Source: Octopus vulgaris (lineage: Eukaryota). Taken from it: a DNA stretch of 64,000 nt. A program made the translations under genes and the position numbers. Below, piece by piece: positions 1-13,663 of the stretch. The stretch is from contig OX597821.1 of the NCBI GenBank assembly GCA_951406725.2, positions 99,758,001-99,822,000 on the forward strand, read 5' to 3'. The first letter of the stretch is position 1. Every line of letters starts with the position of its first letter. Below the pieces are notes generated by a model, which saw nothing but the letters and a program-made list of their open reading frames with translations, ran no database searches and was not told where the DNA came from.

Positions 1-469
1 AGTCAGTCACATTTGGCACCGTATCAAATGTACAAACTATTGGCGTGAAAACTGTCTGTTGAGAGAGAGTGTGCGTGTGTGTGTGTGGCTGTGGCTGAAG
101 TTTGTAGGTATTGTCTAGCAAAAGATATAACGAGTTTATTTTCTTGCCTTCCTTCCTTCAGAAAAGGAAAAGAAAACAGGTGTAATTGGTGATAGAATAA
201 AACAGAAAGAATTAGAAGCATTAGTTGTTTCTGTTCAGTATTTACAATAAGTTTTGGCACGAGTGACCGCCTGACCAAAAGGGTGGCTTTAGTAAAACAA
301 AGTAATCTTGTTGCTTTGATTAGTTAGTAATGAAGTGTTTACTAATAGAAGCCAGGCTGCTAACTGTAACAAACAAAACTACAGTACTACTGACAGATGT
401 ATTCAGGTATAATTTTGCTTTTTCTCTCAAGGGCACATTGCTAATTATCTTAAATATTTCATGTTTCAG

Positions 470-541
470 ATGAAAGAAACCGAATCAGCAACACTGGAGG
501 TTGTACAATCTATACAGCAAACCACAACAGCACTTCATAAA
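470..541 (+). CDS. FCHO2: FCHO exon, F-BAR: [24 protein letters not shown]
   Basis: tttcag| ... |gtaaat; 72 nt, phase 0-0. Confidence 0.9.
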
Positions 542-989
542 GTAAATCATTTCTCTCTTTTTTCCTTTCTTTCTCATCCTTCACGTGTGTGTGCATGTGT
601 GTTTGTGTGTTTGGATACATATGAGATAATGACAAATGTAAAATAAATTGGGATGTTTCTTGATAAGTTATCGCAATTATTTTCGTACCTTCCTATATTA
701 TGGTACCAAAAGCATCCAAAACGCTACCAGAGAATGTCTGTGCTTTGAGGCCGACAGCACATCATTACTACTTTTTACTGCTTTCAAGAAAAATACTTCC
801 CCAAATCAGAGTTTAATGTGTTTATCCAAACTGCATACTATGATATATTCTAATATCACAGTAGCTGTGGCTTTGTTAAGAACCTTGCTTCCCAACCATG
901 TGGTCTTGGGTTCAGTCTCATTATTGCTTCTCGGGCCAACCAATACCTTGTGTGTGAATTTGATAGATGAAAACTGAAAGAAGATATGT

Positions 990-1033
<44 letters not shown>

Positions 1034-1275
1034 TTGTTTGCATGTATGTATCCTTGTCTTGGCAACATGTGATAGTTATAAATGAGCATGAAATATATAA
1101 ATACGCTCACACATGTACACATATGTATTTGGTTAAGACAGTCAGTTATCTTTCTTATATTCACCCATGTGTATGTGTGTATACATGTTTGTCCAGCCCA
1201 TGAGAGCATGGAAGGCGGACGTTAAATGATGATGATGACAACCAATAACTATATAATTTTGTGTGTGTGTGTGTG

Positions 1276-1318
<43 letters not shown>

Positions 1319-2843
1319 CGCTGGGTCGATGCCAGCGCTGCCTTGACTGGCTTCTGTGCCGGTGGCACGTGAAAAGCACCAACCGATTGTGGCTACTGCC
1401 AGCCTCCCCTGGCACGTAAAAAGCACCCACTACACTCACGGAGTGGTTGGCGTTAGGAAGGGCATCAAGCTGTAGAAACACTGCCAGATCAGACTGGAGC
1501 CTGGTGCAGCCTCCTGGCTTCCCAGACCCCGGTTGAACCGTCCAACCCGTGCTAGCACAGAAAATGGACGTTAAACGATGATGATGATGATAAACACACA
1601 CACACATGTCCAATCCATGCCAGCATGGAGAGCGGACATTTGATGATGATGATATATATCATCTTGCATTTGTCTGTCCATAACGATTTGGACTGGCTCT
1701 ACTGTTATCATGGTCCATTGTTGCATCTGCTAAGAGATATCAGGGAAAATGTCAGGCTATTAGATAAACAGTGATTGTAAAATGAGTAATAGATTAAATA
1801 GTGGAATTGATCTAATTGGCTAAAACCCATGTAAGTGCTGTCTCAGCACTGCCTGAGTGCAAGAAATGAAACTGATAAAAAAATATATGGTATATAACAT
1901 TACAAGCATTAGATAGAAATGTTTTGTATATATTCAAATTTTAGTTGTTAATGTGTGTGTGCGTGTGTGTGTACTCAGAATGTAGTGCACACTACATGGG
2001 CGAAATACTGCTAAGCACTTTGTCCAGTGTTCTAACGATTTTACTAGCTTTGCCACCTTAATAATAATAATTTGAGTGGGCTGGGCTCCTCAACCTGAAG
2101 AAAATTCTGACTGGGCCCCACCTACAAGGTCATGTGCTGTTTATCTTGATATGAGATAACCATGTCATGCACACATGGTTGTGATGTATGTGTCTGGTGT
2201 ACCGTTATGAGATGGGTGGTCAAGATGGGTATATTGGGCTTCGTATATTTTACCCCAGTGTCACTTTGATGACATGCACTGCTCTCTCACTCAATGATTA
2301 TAATAAATGTACTCTTATGTAAAAAGCCTTTGTTTTATTTCTTTATACATTAAGGATAAAGGATATGCTGTTGATCAAGTAATGTGTACATGTGGGAGAA
2401 CACTGGCCAAACTATCAGATGTTGTTATATATCACTGGTCACAATGCACTTTGTTGCAGAGTTGTAGCTTTCGAACAACGTCACACTGCTTGTTAGGTGG
2501 GCAGGCCAACAGTCCTCCTGCCAGTCCATTGCAGGGTTACCAATTTTCAGCAGTTTGGATTGGATCAATGTGCAATGAAGCATTTTGTTTAAGAACACAG
2601 CGCAGTCTAGGAATTGAAACCATGATCTCATGATCACAAGTGTAATACCCTAACCACTGGGCCACATGCTGTCTCACAAACACACACGCGTGCGCGTGTA
2701 TGTTTTACATGTATGTATGTTAAAAATTACTGAAATGTATGTGTTCTCCCACATGTGCACATTACTTCATCAACTGCATATCCCTTTTCCTTTATGTATG
2801 AAGAAATAAAACAAAGGGTTTTTACATAAGAGTACATTTATTA

Positions 2844-2882
<39 letters not shown>

Positions 2883-3540
2883 AATAATAATAATAATAAT
2901 AAGGTGGCAAGCTAGCAGAATTGTTAGCACACTGAACAAAATTTTTAGCAGTATTTTGCCTGTTGCTATGTTCTGAGTTCAAATTCTGCTGACGTCAACT
3001 TTCCCTTTCATTCTTTTGGGGGTCAATGTAATCGACTTGCCCCTTCCCCCTAAATTTCAGGCCTTGTGCCTATAGCAGAAAGGATTATTGTTGTTATTAT
3101 TATTATTATGCATCTTCTGTTGACCTTTTGTAATGTAACACTATAAAATGTTTCCAATATCTAGAAGTTTCCTTTTCTTCTGTTGTAGGCCAAAGAAATT
3201 TATCATACGCGAGTGTCTGAGTTAGAACGATTAAAGAAAGAAGGAGCATCACAAAAGGATACTGAAAAGGTTGGTGAATTCCTGGCATACTTAACCTTCA
3301 ATAGCAAGATACTCGTTAATTTTCTCCCTACACTCCACTGTTATTCTCTTCTTGTGTTTATGTATGTGCATGTGGATATATTTATTAAAAAAATACTTTT
3401 GAATGCAACAAGCATTTTCATTTTATATTTTATTTCTGCGTATTTAAGCATCCATAAATTCCAAATGTATTCTTAGTATAATCATATATGAAAAAGCAAC
3501 TAAACTTATATTTGCTACACTTGCTCTCACTATATGGAAC

Positions 3541-3588
<48 letters not shown>

Positions 3589-6500
3589 AGCAAAGAGAAT
3601 GGAGTAAGCAAGTCCTTTTATTTCATTTATTTGCAGATGTTTCATCAAACATTGGTCTCATGAACATTGCTACATTATGCAATAATATATGTAACCATTT
3701 ATACATGAAGTGTCCTAGACACAAAATCAAAGATCGATTCTTTAGAACCATGTATAAAGGTTATTTGAGCAAATAATCTTTGTGCATTATTCTGGAGAAT
3801 CATGTATTCTTTTCTACTCTAGGCACAAGGCCTGAAATTTTGAGGGAACCGGGGGAAGATTCGATTAGATTGACCCCAGTATGCAACTGGTACTTAATTG
3901 ATCGACCCCAAAAGGATGAAAGGCAAAGTCGACCTTGGTGGGATTTGAACTCAGAATGTAAAGACAGACGAAATGCTGCTGAGCATTTTGCCCGGTCCGC
4001 TAACATTTCTGCCAGCTTGCTACCTTTGTTGTGGCATATATTATTGCATAATGATATAGTGTTATCATAAGAGGCAACTCCAAGGATTGCCAGCATGATG
4101 GACATCTGAATGCAAAAGACTTCATTAGAAAACACATCCCAGCACAGCATGGAAAAGCAGATGTAAAATGATGATATACCTAATTAATCTTCTCATTATC
4201 ACGTCTGATTTCCAAACTATCCTGTGTTAGACAGGTCATTGTGATCTGCATCACCTCTTATTGGGAGCTGCTACCCCTTTATGATTAGGTACTTGTACAT
4301 ACCATTTGGCTTAGTTTCTACAATGGGATGATATCTTTAACACCAAACACTTTACAGGGTGTACTGCGTGTGCTTTCTTGTTGCACCAACATGTGAGAGG
4401 TTGAAGAATCTTTAGTGAGACAAGCCTAAGGGAGCTCATAATCCTATACTCTCTTTGTCATTTACTCAACTACTTCCCACTGTGAACAGTAGGTGGAGGT
4501 GAAGGCTTGTACACACAAAATGTAAATTTTGAAAGGGAATAATGATGGGAGAAATGCCATAAATGGGTATTTGAGAAGAGAGAGGGATACTTTCTACTAT
4601 CTACATTGTTTTAGAATTAAACTGGAATGTAAATTTAAAACTGCACATATAAATATTGAGTTGATGAAAGACACTACCATGTACTGCAAGTCAGCTAAAT
4701 TCTGTTGTGATTGAATGAAATCTTCCACAATTCTTAGTGACATTTCATTTTGTTTCTTTTCTATTCTTCACTATAGTTTTGTTCTATAGTTCAGTTACTC
4801 TGTCACTCAAATGTTCACTTGTTTGAATTGTTTAATGACATGTATTTCAAAATACTTTTCCTACTCCAAGATTCACTCAATTCTGACCTGATTGGGAGTA
4901 TTTCAAGACTGTTATATGCTTTGAGTAATGTTTTAACATGACATCTTATTTTAAGTTAAACTGAAGTATAATGTAGTTTGGTTTAATTTTTGTTGAGAAG
5001 TACGTCAAAGAAAGGTGTGAATAGTTTGCAAAAGTTAGACTTGTTAATTAAAAATGTTTTTGTCTAGACTAAAATTACTTAGTAACTTATGGTTAAGGGC
5101 TTTGATGTTAGTATAGAAATCCTGTATTCGTTGTCAAGGCCTATTTGTTCTGGTTGCTTCAGTTTTCCTTTTGCTGTTTTGGTGGCAGCGTGGTCATCTT
5201 TAAAAAAAACAAAACAGTAATCTAAATCTCTTGTTTCATTCATTCATCCATCCATCCATCCATCCATGACCAGTTAAATTTTGGAAAGGAAAAAAAATAA
5301 ATTCTGTTTCATTCTATAATTTTCTTATAACCTGTATAAAGCATCTCTCTCAATACTATGCACCCTTCAGTTGGATCATTTAATGCCTTGTGAATGAATT
5401 TGATAGATAGAAACAAGTGGAAGCCTGTTGTGTATGTATACATACATATGAATATATATATATATATATATTTATGTGTGTGTGTGTGTGTGTCTCCCTA
5501 CTACTGCTTGATAGCTGGTGTCAGTTTCGTTTGTAGTTCAGCAAAAGAGACTAGGAAAATAACTAGCACTGGGGTAGATCTATTGAACTAAAACCCTTCA
5601 TGGTGGTACTCCAGCATGGCCACAATCCAAGTGAAATAAGTAAAAGATATATTATGTGGTAAGGGTTCAACAAGTAGAATGGCACTTGACCAGCAAAGAG
5701 AATGATGATAATGTTACAAAAACCACAACTCTTGTTCAATACAGTTACGCAGGGTTTTCTGGTTGGAACATTAATTTATTTCACTGATTTACTTCCCTTG
5801 TGTTTTTCTTTTCGTCCTCTTCCTTATCAGTGTCCCTTGTTTAAATGTCACCTGTTTTAAAAAGAAACTGACAAGCAGTCTTGTTATCTGTTTGAAAAAA
5901 AAAAAAAAAAATTGGAAATAAATTAATGTTTCAACCAGGAAACCCTGGGTAGCTATATTTAACAAGACATGTAGTTTCTGGAATGTGACAGTGTTGATAA
6001 CCCAGAACTCAGGTTGAGTGCTTCTCTAGAAATACCCTACTTTTATACCATGCCAAGACCTAAGATATATATTTGTTCATTATTTACATTTGCCGAATAT
6101 TTGTCTTCATCTTGTTTGTTGTTAACACGTTTTGGCTGATGTACTCTCCAGCCTTCATCAGGAGTCTTGGGGAAATTTTGAACCTGGATTCTCATTCCTA
6201 AGGCATTTTTCAATGTTATTATTATTATTATTATTATTATCCAGGTCACTTCCTGGAATCGAACTCGAAATCTTGGGGTTAGTAGCCCGTGCTCTTAATC
6301 ACTACACTATATGCCTGTAGGCATCGTTGTTAAGAGCGCGGGCTACTAACCACAGGATTCCAACTTTGATTCCAGGCAGTGATCTGAATAATAATAACAA
6401 CATCGAAAAGTGCCTTAAGAATGAGAACCCAGGTTTGAAATTTCCCCAAGACACCTGATGAAGGCTGGAGGGTATATCAGCTGAAATGTTGTGTTAACAA

Positions 6501-6608
6501 CAAACAAGATGAGGACAAATATCTGTCAAATGTAAATAATATACATAATTCCTCATCTCTTAAATAAAGAACTGTATATATTTGTTGTTATATATATATA
6601 TGTTGCTG

Positions 6609-6645
<37 letters not shown>

Positions 6646-9600
6646 CTGCGAGAGAGAAGCATCTGTATACTAATCAGATCTGTGAAACCATTGATAATAA
6701 ATGTTATGTGATAATGAAATATGAAGTATTCTTTTCCTGTTTAAAAATTTTATACCTTACATTTCCAATAACAACTTTTCCTTTTCTCTATTAAATTTTA
6801 GGCTGAAAGCAAGTTCCGGAAAGCAAGTTAGTTATAGTCATTTATTTATATTATTCTAATTTTAAAAAGTTATGATCACAGGTTTTTTATATTTGTATAT
6901 GTCTTATAAACAAACACACACATGCATGTAGACTTCACATGTAGACATCTAAACAATATTCACGAACAAATATAGAAGTGATAGAATGATGTTTTATGAC
7001 CACAGATTAAGCCCGAAACCTATTCAGGGGCTTAGATATTATGTAGGTTAATAAATTACATGTTAGTTTGCCCATGAAATATTTTAATATATCTGTCTTA
7101 AAACAGATACACAGTTACATACACACATAACATATCCACAGATACATACACACACACACATTCTTTTATATATTTCAGCCTAAAGGCTGTGGTTAAGCTG
7201 TAAAGTTAGTCATGGCCTGAACCAATTCTAGTTGAAGCCTGTCTCAGTATACATATATACATGCACGCACACATACATACACACCTACATACGTATGTAC
7301 ATACATAAATACGTACACACACAGACACACATACATGTAATATATATATATATATATATATATTTATTTTATAGAAGGAGCTTCTACAGGACTAGAACTG
7401 TTTCATTCAAAAGAAATCATCAGGAAGCTCCTGATGATTTCTTTTGAATGAAACAGTTCTAGTCCTGTAGAAGCTCCTTCTATAAAATAAATTAATTTAC
7501 TCTGCTATGTATTGAGTACCTTATTTACTGTGGTTAACCCCGACTCAACCCGGGACCTACATATATATATATATATATATATATAAGCAAATGAATAATA
7601 TTGCTTTAGCTGCTGTACTTGTATGAAGAGGAAGAAGTGAAAGATGGTGAAATGAACCGAAACTGAAACTTAATACTCTCTTGTGAAAACTTTAAGTTTA
7701 CAATTTATTAATTATATTATCAGTAATCTGCTGCTGCTCAGTCTTATTATATCTTTTTAAGCCTGTACTATGTAGTTAGAAACAGTTTTTATCATAGTAA
7801 TATAATATAGTCTTTTTTTTTCCTAAATTTAGATTTGTTTTGAACGAATTTTCTACATTTCTTGTTTGTTAATTTTTTTCTCTAATTCAAAATGTATATT
7901 TTATTCTTAGCATGTATGGGAAACTATTAAAATATACTTGTTGTAATTTCACTAATGATATGATGGCATTAGAGAATATGAATATAAAACTGTTTTAAGA
8001 ATGATTATATATATATATATATATTGTTGGCACTCCGTCACTTATGACGATGAGGGTTCCAGTTGATCCAATCAACGGAACAGCTTGCTCGTGAAATTAA
8101 CATGCATGTGGCTGAGCACTCCACAGACACGTGTACCCTTAACGTAGTTCTCGGGGATATTCAGCGTAACACAGAGTGTGACAAGCTATATCTTTTTGAA
8201 TTACAGGCACAACAGAAACAGGAAGAAAGAGTGAGAGAAAGTTGTGGTGAAAGAGTACAGCAGAGTTTGCCCCCCCTCCCCGCTGGAGCCTCGTGGAGCT
8301 TTAAGTGTTTTTGCTCAATAAACACTCACAACGCCCGGTCTGGGAATTGAAACCACGATCCTATGACTGCGAGTCTGGTGCCCTAACCACTGGGCCAGTG
8401 CACCTCCATAATATATATATTATGATGAGATATATGTTTATATGCATGCATGCATATATATATATAATATAAATTGGACATGGGCGATTGTTGTATTCTC
8501 TCTTGTCTTGAGGTTCACAGCCAAACAACTGGTTGGATTCATGTGAAAAATGGCACACATACGGAGACAGGTGCATAGATTGGAATGCAGTTTGTATTTT
8601 TTTCCTAACCCCCATACTTATCGAGAAAATCGCTTAAAACTTTTTCTTATGGAATTTCCCTCTTTCTTCTGCCATCAAAACAACCAGTTGCTTAGAAGCT
8701 GTTTTCTGATGGGGTGGGATCAGGAAATTTTCATATAGCTGGAGGCTCCAATCGAAACAGTAGACCCGAAATGATAAGGTTGACAAACGCTGTTATAGAT
8801 TATGCCTAACCGAAAATGATCACAGCCACGTCATCCAAACAGACCGGGTGAAACTGGCTTAGCTGCTAGTATATATATATATATATATATATATATCTTA
8901 GTTGTCTCATATGACACACAAGTATATAGTTTATCTGTTACAAACCAGGATACTTATAATGAATGTAGAAGCATGCACAGACACACTATAGGTATCCTGG
9001 CTTGTAATTGTTAAACTATGTACCTATTTGTCGTATGAGGCAACTAAAAATGGTTAGCAACTGGGTCGGTATCAGCATAAAGTTCTGTCTCAGAAAACCT
9101 ATCCAACTTATGCAGGCATAGAAAAGTAAATGCAAATTGATGATGAAGTTACGTATAGAATTTAATTAATATTTCTTTAAATGTGAGTGTATTTTTGGTT
9201 AATTTAAAGAAAAAAAATTCTTAATTTATTAGTTTATATTTATGAAAGTAAATATAAAAATATCTTAATTTTTTTCTTATGAAGTGTTAATCTTGTACTA
9301 AGTATTAAACCTATGGTTCCTGAGACAAATAAGTATGTTGATTGCTATATATGTGACAAGTTAATTCTCATTACTTTGTTATTGATAAATAAGCTTAAAG
9401 CTAGTATTTATGACACTTTGTGAATTTTTATCTTTTAATTATTGTGTTTACAGTTTCCTTTATACCTATTAATTTCGTCTCTGTTTGTTCTTAATTTCTG
9501 TCAGATGATGAATACCAAAATCTTGTTGACAAATATGCAACAGTACGAGATGAATTTGAGAAGAAAATGTCTCAATCTTGTGATGTAAGTAAAATGTTGC

Positions 9601-12600
9601 TATCACAGTACTTTGCTATGAAAATGGCAGCTGATAAAGAAGCATGATAAATATTTAGATATCATTTTCTGAAATCATTCTGATATTTGATTGGTAAAAA
9701 AGTTTACATGCAATCTTCTTTTCAACTCTATTAAATGCCATTTCCTATGTAGACATAAATACCTCAAGCTTTTTAATGTGTATAATATTAAGGTTAATTA
9801 CTCTTGTCTAGATAACATCACATCCGATTTTGCATGTTATAACAGAAAAAGTAGCACATATCTTCGTACCCTTCATCTCAGAACCCACCCACAACTGCTG
9901 AAATCTATCTACATGTCCACTGAGGAGATTTTACCTTTCTAAAGCATTGGTTTGTGAACCTTACACCACTTGATAATATCCCAAGAAACTACACAGGATT
10001 TGAAACCAACAATTTCAAGGGAAAATGCACTCAGCATATATACTCCTTTAGGTTCAGAGACGAAGGAAACCAACCAATCTGTCCCATTTTATCTCGTGAC
10101 TTCAGGATCAAGAACTGTCCTGTCTTGCGAGACTTGATGTATATTTGACAAAAACCTTGTCATAGTTTCCCCCAGAGTGCACAATCACTGATTTCATCTC
10201 TCTGAGAAACTACACATACTACAAGAACCCACTGTGTCCCTTAACAAGAAAACTGAACTTTTATATTGTTGTCATCAGTGAAGATTGTCATTGCTGTTAT
10301 CAGCTATTAGTTAAGTTTTATAACTTTTAATGAAATTTTGCTGAACTTAATGTTGGAATTTCTAATGAAAGCATGAGAGATGACTCTGATCTACTGCATC
10401 AAAGTTCTCACCTGACCAGTTGTCTTTCAACAATATTCAGTAGCTGCTACAACACGTAGCAGTTTTTTAAATTTCAAATTACATGATCCAGTACTGACTT
10501 AATAAGAATGACCTATTTGCATAATCCAATGATAATTAGTCTTCTTTAGAGCACATGTCTACCTTGCCTCTTAAAACTACAGCATCTGAAGGATTAGACA
10601 TGTTTTAGGTCTGTAAAATTTTGAATGATGCAGATCTAAGTCACAAACTATTAATACTGATAATACAAACATTTAATTTGTCCTCATCTTATTTGTTGTT
10701 AACACGATGTTTCGGCTGATATACTCTCCAGCTTCATCAGGTGTCTTGGGTTCTCATTTCAAACCTGGGTTCTCATTCCTAGGGTATTTTTCAATGTTGT
10801 TGTTATTATTAATATTATTATTCAGGTCACTGCCTGGAATTGAACTCGGAATCTTGATGTTAGTGGCCTTTGCTCTTAACCACTACACCATATATCTGTG
10901 GGCAATTATAGCATAGTGGTTAAGAGCGTGGGCTACTAACCCCAAGATTCCAAGTCAATTCCAGGCAGTGACCTGAATAATAATGATAATAATAAGATCG
11001 AAAAATACCTTAGGAATGAGAACCCAGGTTCGAAATTTCCCCAAGACACCTGATGAAGGCTGGAGAGTATATTAGCCAAAACATTGTGTTAATAGCAAAC
11101 AAGATGAAGACAAATATCCATCAAATGTAAATAATATACATAATTCCTCATCTCTCAAATATAGAACTGTATTATTTAACTCCATGTTGTGTTGAGTGCT
11201 CTTCTTTGTTTATGCATACTTACACATGTGTGTGTATATGTGTATATATGTGTTTGTGTGTGTCTGTGTATATATGAAGTGGCATCAAAAAGTTCCTGGA
11301 CTAGTTGCCCCACAATTCATTCTCCAGTGCCAGGCCATCAAAAATTCTACTGTGACATTTTGAAGCATTTGTAAGAGGATATTTGGTGAAAGCAAAATTG
11401 TAAGAGGACATTTGGTGAAATCTGTAGAGCGTGAAGAATTGGATTCTTCGCAATGACAATGCACCCTGTAACTGAGCTCTCCTCATTCATGAGTTTCCCA
11501 CCAAAAACAACATGGTATCACTTCCACACCCTCTGTATTCGTCAGATTTAGCACCTGCAGACTTCTATCTCTTGCGCAAGATGAAAACGTAGCTCAAGGT
11601 TACCATTTTAACATTGTTGTCAAGATCCACAGCGGGTCGCAGAAGTTGACTTTCGGGCTAGATTCCATAAGTGACAAGAACGTGGGGACTGATGTATTGT
11701 TGCACAAGGTGACTATTTTGAAGGAGATGATGCTGAAACTTAGTTAAATAAGTTATTTTTTATTAAACATAACTAGTTTGGGAACCATTTGACATCACCT
11801 CATATAGAGTGAGAGAGTTGCGGGTTCAGTCCCACTGAGTGGCACCTTGGGCAAGTGTCTTCTACTATAGCCTCGGGCCGACCAAAGCCTTGTGAGTGGA
11901 TTTGGTAGACAGAAACTGAAAGAAGCCTGTCGTGTATATGTATATATATATATATGTTTGTGTGTCTGTGTTTGTACCCCTAGCATTGCTTGACAACCGA
12001 TGCTGGTGTGTTTATGTCCCCGTCATCTAGCGGTTCAGCAAAAGAGACCGATAGAATAATTACTGGGCTTACAAAGAATAAGTTCCGGGGTTGAGTTGCT
12101 CGATTAAAGGCGGTGCTCCAGCATGGCTGCAGTCAAATGACTGAAACAAGTAAAAGAGAGTAAAGAGTATGTATGTATGTATATTGTTGGATATGTTTGG
12201 AAATGAGAGAAAACTGTACTCAGTACATGCTGTAGAATTTATCGTTTATTCAAAGTTGGTGATTTACTTCTTAGGCACTCTTGAGTTTCTTGCATTGGGC
12301 ATTCAGTCAGGCTGCTGTATAAACAAATAAAAAAGACAAGACACCTGGGGCAACAACAACGTGAACCAATAATTCTGTGTTCGTGTGTGTGTGTGTGTGT
12401 GTGTGAGTGAGAGAGAGGGAGGGTATGTGTGTGTGTGACCTGCCTCTCTTTAACCAAAATGGTAATATAAGTAGCACTTGTAATAAAAACATTTGCTGCC
12501 TATTTCACTTCCAAGTTCACATAGCACACCTCCTACGGATCTCCTCACATTCATTTGACAAGTGTGTAAGCATCTCCAATTACCCATGTTTCTGACACTG

Positions 12601-13623
12601 TTCTTTCTGTATGTTAATTCCATTTAACTCACTCACTGGAATTCATAGCAATCCACACTGACATACAGAAAATACCATTCCTCATTATTTATTTATTTAT
12701 TTATTTATTATTATTATTATTATCATTATTATTGTTATTATTATTATTATTATTGTTATTATTATTATTGTTATTATTATTATTATTATTATTATCATTA
12801 CTTTTTTTAAAGCTTTCCATACAAATCGCATAGTCATCAATCCACGCACAACTTAGACATTTCACACCAGACTTGCATGGCTTCCCTGGACAGAGACCGA
12901 AAAGCAACACACACATACACACACACATATTTGTACAATTGTTACACTTTAAAGGAACTGTTTTGTCTCCCTTTCCATACATAAACAGTACATAACTAAA
13001 GCATTCAGTTACTATAAATACTAAGCTCCATAATCTGTGCCAATCTCTCGTGGATATCTAAAATTACTGAAACACACACACACACACATACACACACACA
13101 CTTTTCAAAAAATAAAAAAATTTGTTTTGGTTATTTGAATATGCTCGTATGGAATATTTCTTGTGAACCTGTTTGAAAATATTGTCAAAGTGATATGCAA
13201 ATATATATTGTAATTTGAGTGTCTCTAAACTCTGTGTGGTCTTTAGCAACAAGAAAATAGTTTAATACACCAGAGTATTATAATCTGGCTTGTTTTTTTT
13301 GCTGCTGTTTTCCTCACCAAACTTCTTACCCTCCTAATTCCTCTTATGTTTTGCTGTCCTAATCACCCATTACATAACTATCCAAGTTGTATGCTCTTTA
13401 CTCTTTTACTTGTTTCAGTCACTTGACTGTGGCCATGCTGGAGCACCGCCTTTAGTCGAGCAAATCGAACCCAGGACTTATTCTTTGTAAGCCTAGTACT
13501 TATTCTATCGGTCTCTTTTGCCGAACCGCTATGTTACGGGGACGTAAACACACCAGCATCGGTTGTCAAGCGATTTTGGGGGGACAAGCACAGACACACA
13601 AGCATATACACACACATACACAT

Positions 13624-13663
<40 letters not shown>

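Noticed and set aside
10900-10974. tRNA gene (apparent ACT anticodon)
   Set aside because: No proper acceptor stem; it is the tRNA-derived head of a repeat. The same applies to the other SINE heads.
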